Origin: a virus | IMG/VR virus record: IMGVR_UViG_3300048080_000657 | Strand: one strand, 5' to 3' | Length of the DNA: 64,000 bases | In this document: positions 63,341 to 64,000 of the stretch, piece by piece | Numbering within the stretch: position 1 is the first letter of the stretch | Layout: every line of letters begins with the position of its first letter | Program-made: the position numbers and the translations under genes | Notes under the pieces: model-generated | Told to the model about the DNA's origin: nothing | The model's database searches: none | Seen by the model: only the letters and a program-made list of their open reading frames with translations

Positions 63341-63553
63341 ATGACGTATACCGTGGTTGTCGACTACGATTCCGAAGAGCGTGTCTTTAACGTTTCGGTT
63401 CCTGCGCTTCCCGGATGTTTCGCCTGGGGCAAGACCAAGAGCCAGGCGCTGAGCAGGATTAAGGAGGTCATGCGCACTTACTTGGATGCACTCGTCGATC
63501 TGGGGCAGTCCATACCAGAGGAGGTCGACGTCGAGCGGGTCACGATCTCGTGA
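63341..63553 (+). CDS. hicB: HicB-like antitoxin
   Basis: YTVVVDYD.E...FNVSVPALPGCFAWGKT..QAL..IKE. Confidence 0.85.
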   Translation: MTYTVVVDYDSEERVFNVSVPALPGCFAWGKTKSQALSRIKEVMRTYLDALVDLGQSIPEEVDVERVTIS

Positions 63554-63771
63554 AGCCAAACCCGTCACGTCCAAAGGAAGTCGAAGCGGTAGTCTTGCGC
63601 ATGCGTTTCGTATTCATCCGTGAAGGCAAAGGAGCCCACCGCATCCATGCCCATGAGGATGGCAGGATGACGTCGATATCTTTTCATCCTGGAGATGTGC
63701 CTGCCGGAACGCTCCGAAAGATCATCTCCCAAATAGGCCTGACGGTAGAAGACTTCAACGAGATGGTCTGA
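63550..63771 (+). CDS. hicA: HicA-like mRNA interferase toxin
   Basis: REGKGAHRI.AH.DGR..SISFH..DVPAGTLRKII.Q.GL. Confidence 0.82.
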   Translation: MKPNPSRPKEVEAVVLRMRFVFIREGKGAHRIHAHEDGRMTSISFHPGDVPAGTLRKIISQIGLTVEDFNEMV

Positions 63772-64000
63772 CATACCCATGAGTCACGAAAGAAATAAAA
63801 GGTGAGGAATCTTCTCGCGTTCGTCATGCTGCGGTGTCGCTGCTGCGGAATGAAGATCCCTCACAAAGGGAGCTATGCTGAGATGTTGCGTGAGGCGATC
63901 CGGCGTGGATGGGTATTGCGTGGCCAGGATTACCTCTGTGAACGCTGCAAGCACTCGCCTAAGGTATAAAAGATGAATGGGGCCCAGCGCCGCCCCAAGC

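Larger units (their letters stand above)
32079..63976 (+). repeat. cassette array block 2: about 80 copies of the 22-bp junction site
   Basis: e.g. TCAC-GAAT-CAACCA-AAAG-GTGA (32567), TCAC-GAAT-CCATCG-AAAG-GTGA (37016), TCAC-CAAT-CCCCTA-AAAG-GTGA (44352), TCAC-CAAA-GGCATG-AAAG-GTGA (57265), TCAC-GAAA-GAAATA-AAAG-GTGA (63784); fixed 14-nt spacing; the array runs to the window edge. Confidence 0.95.

Noticed and set aside
20939-63976. Junction motif as merely a Shine-Dalgarno sequence
   Set aside because: An SD explains AGGTGA but not the conserved upstream arm at a fixed 14-nt distance, the complementary arm variants, the autocorrelated core, or its absence from 25-32 kb.
20939-63976. Classical integron attC sites or CRP boxes
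   Set aside because: No RYYYAAC...GTTRRRY hairpins. CRP is TGTGA-N6-TCACA, which has the opposite arm order and a different spacing.
1-64000. tRNA/rRNA genes, IS transposases, integrase
   Set aside because: None recognised by eye. A tRNAscan and HMM run would be needed to exclude divergent ones.

Overview
GC-rich accessory region of what is most likely a large phage or prophage. Host is unknown, and no capsid, tail, terminase, integrase or cas gene is recognisable in the window. Essentially all credible genes lie on the + strand. The first ~20 kb carries an intein-containing HerA-like ATPase, a DUF5131 protein, a DEDDh exonuclease, a DNA-modification set (two PAPS-reductase-like genes, a Mom-like gene, an amino-methyltransferase), a ubiquitin-like protein, a retropepsin pair and degenerate type I-C CRISPR-like repeats. 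The dominant feature is an array of about 100 (hand count) co-oriented copies of a 22-bp pseudo-palindromic site, (T/G)CAC-NAA(T/A)-N6-AAAG-GTGA. The copies are dense at 20.9-25.1 kb and 32.1-64 kb and sit at the junctions of mostly single-gene, mutually unrelated units. The central 6 nt change by only about 1-2 bases between many neighbouring sites, and no two intact neighbours are identical. Homologous units recur at different array positions, and in the clearest pair the homology is bounded by the sites. This points to an integron-like or CRISPR-like gene-cassette array built by an unidentified recombinase or integrase. Cassette cargo includes ThyX, an RNA ligase, phosphoesterases, an HNH nuclease, a SNF2 helicase, a radical SAM enzyme, a Lar-like protein, a HicBA pair and promoter-only units. 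All annotations come from motifs read by eye; no database search was run.
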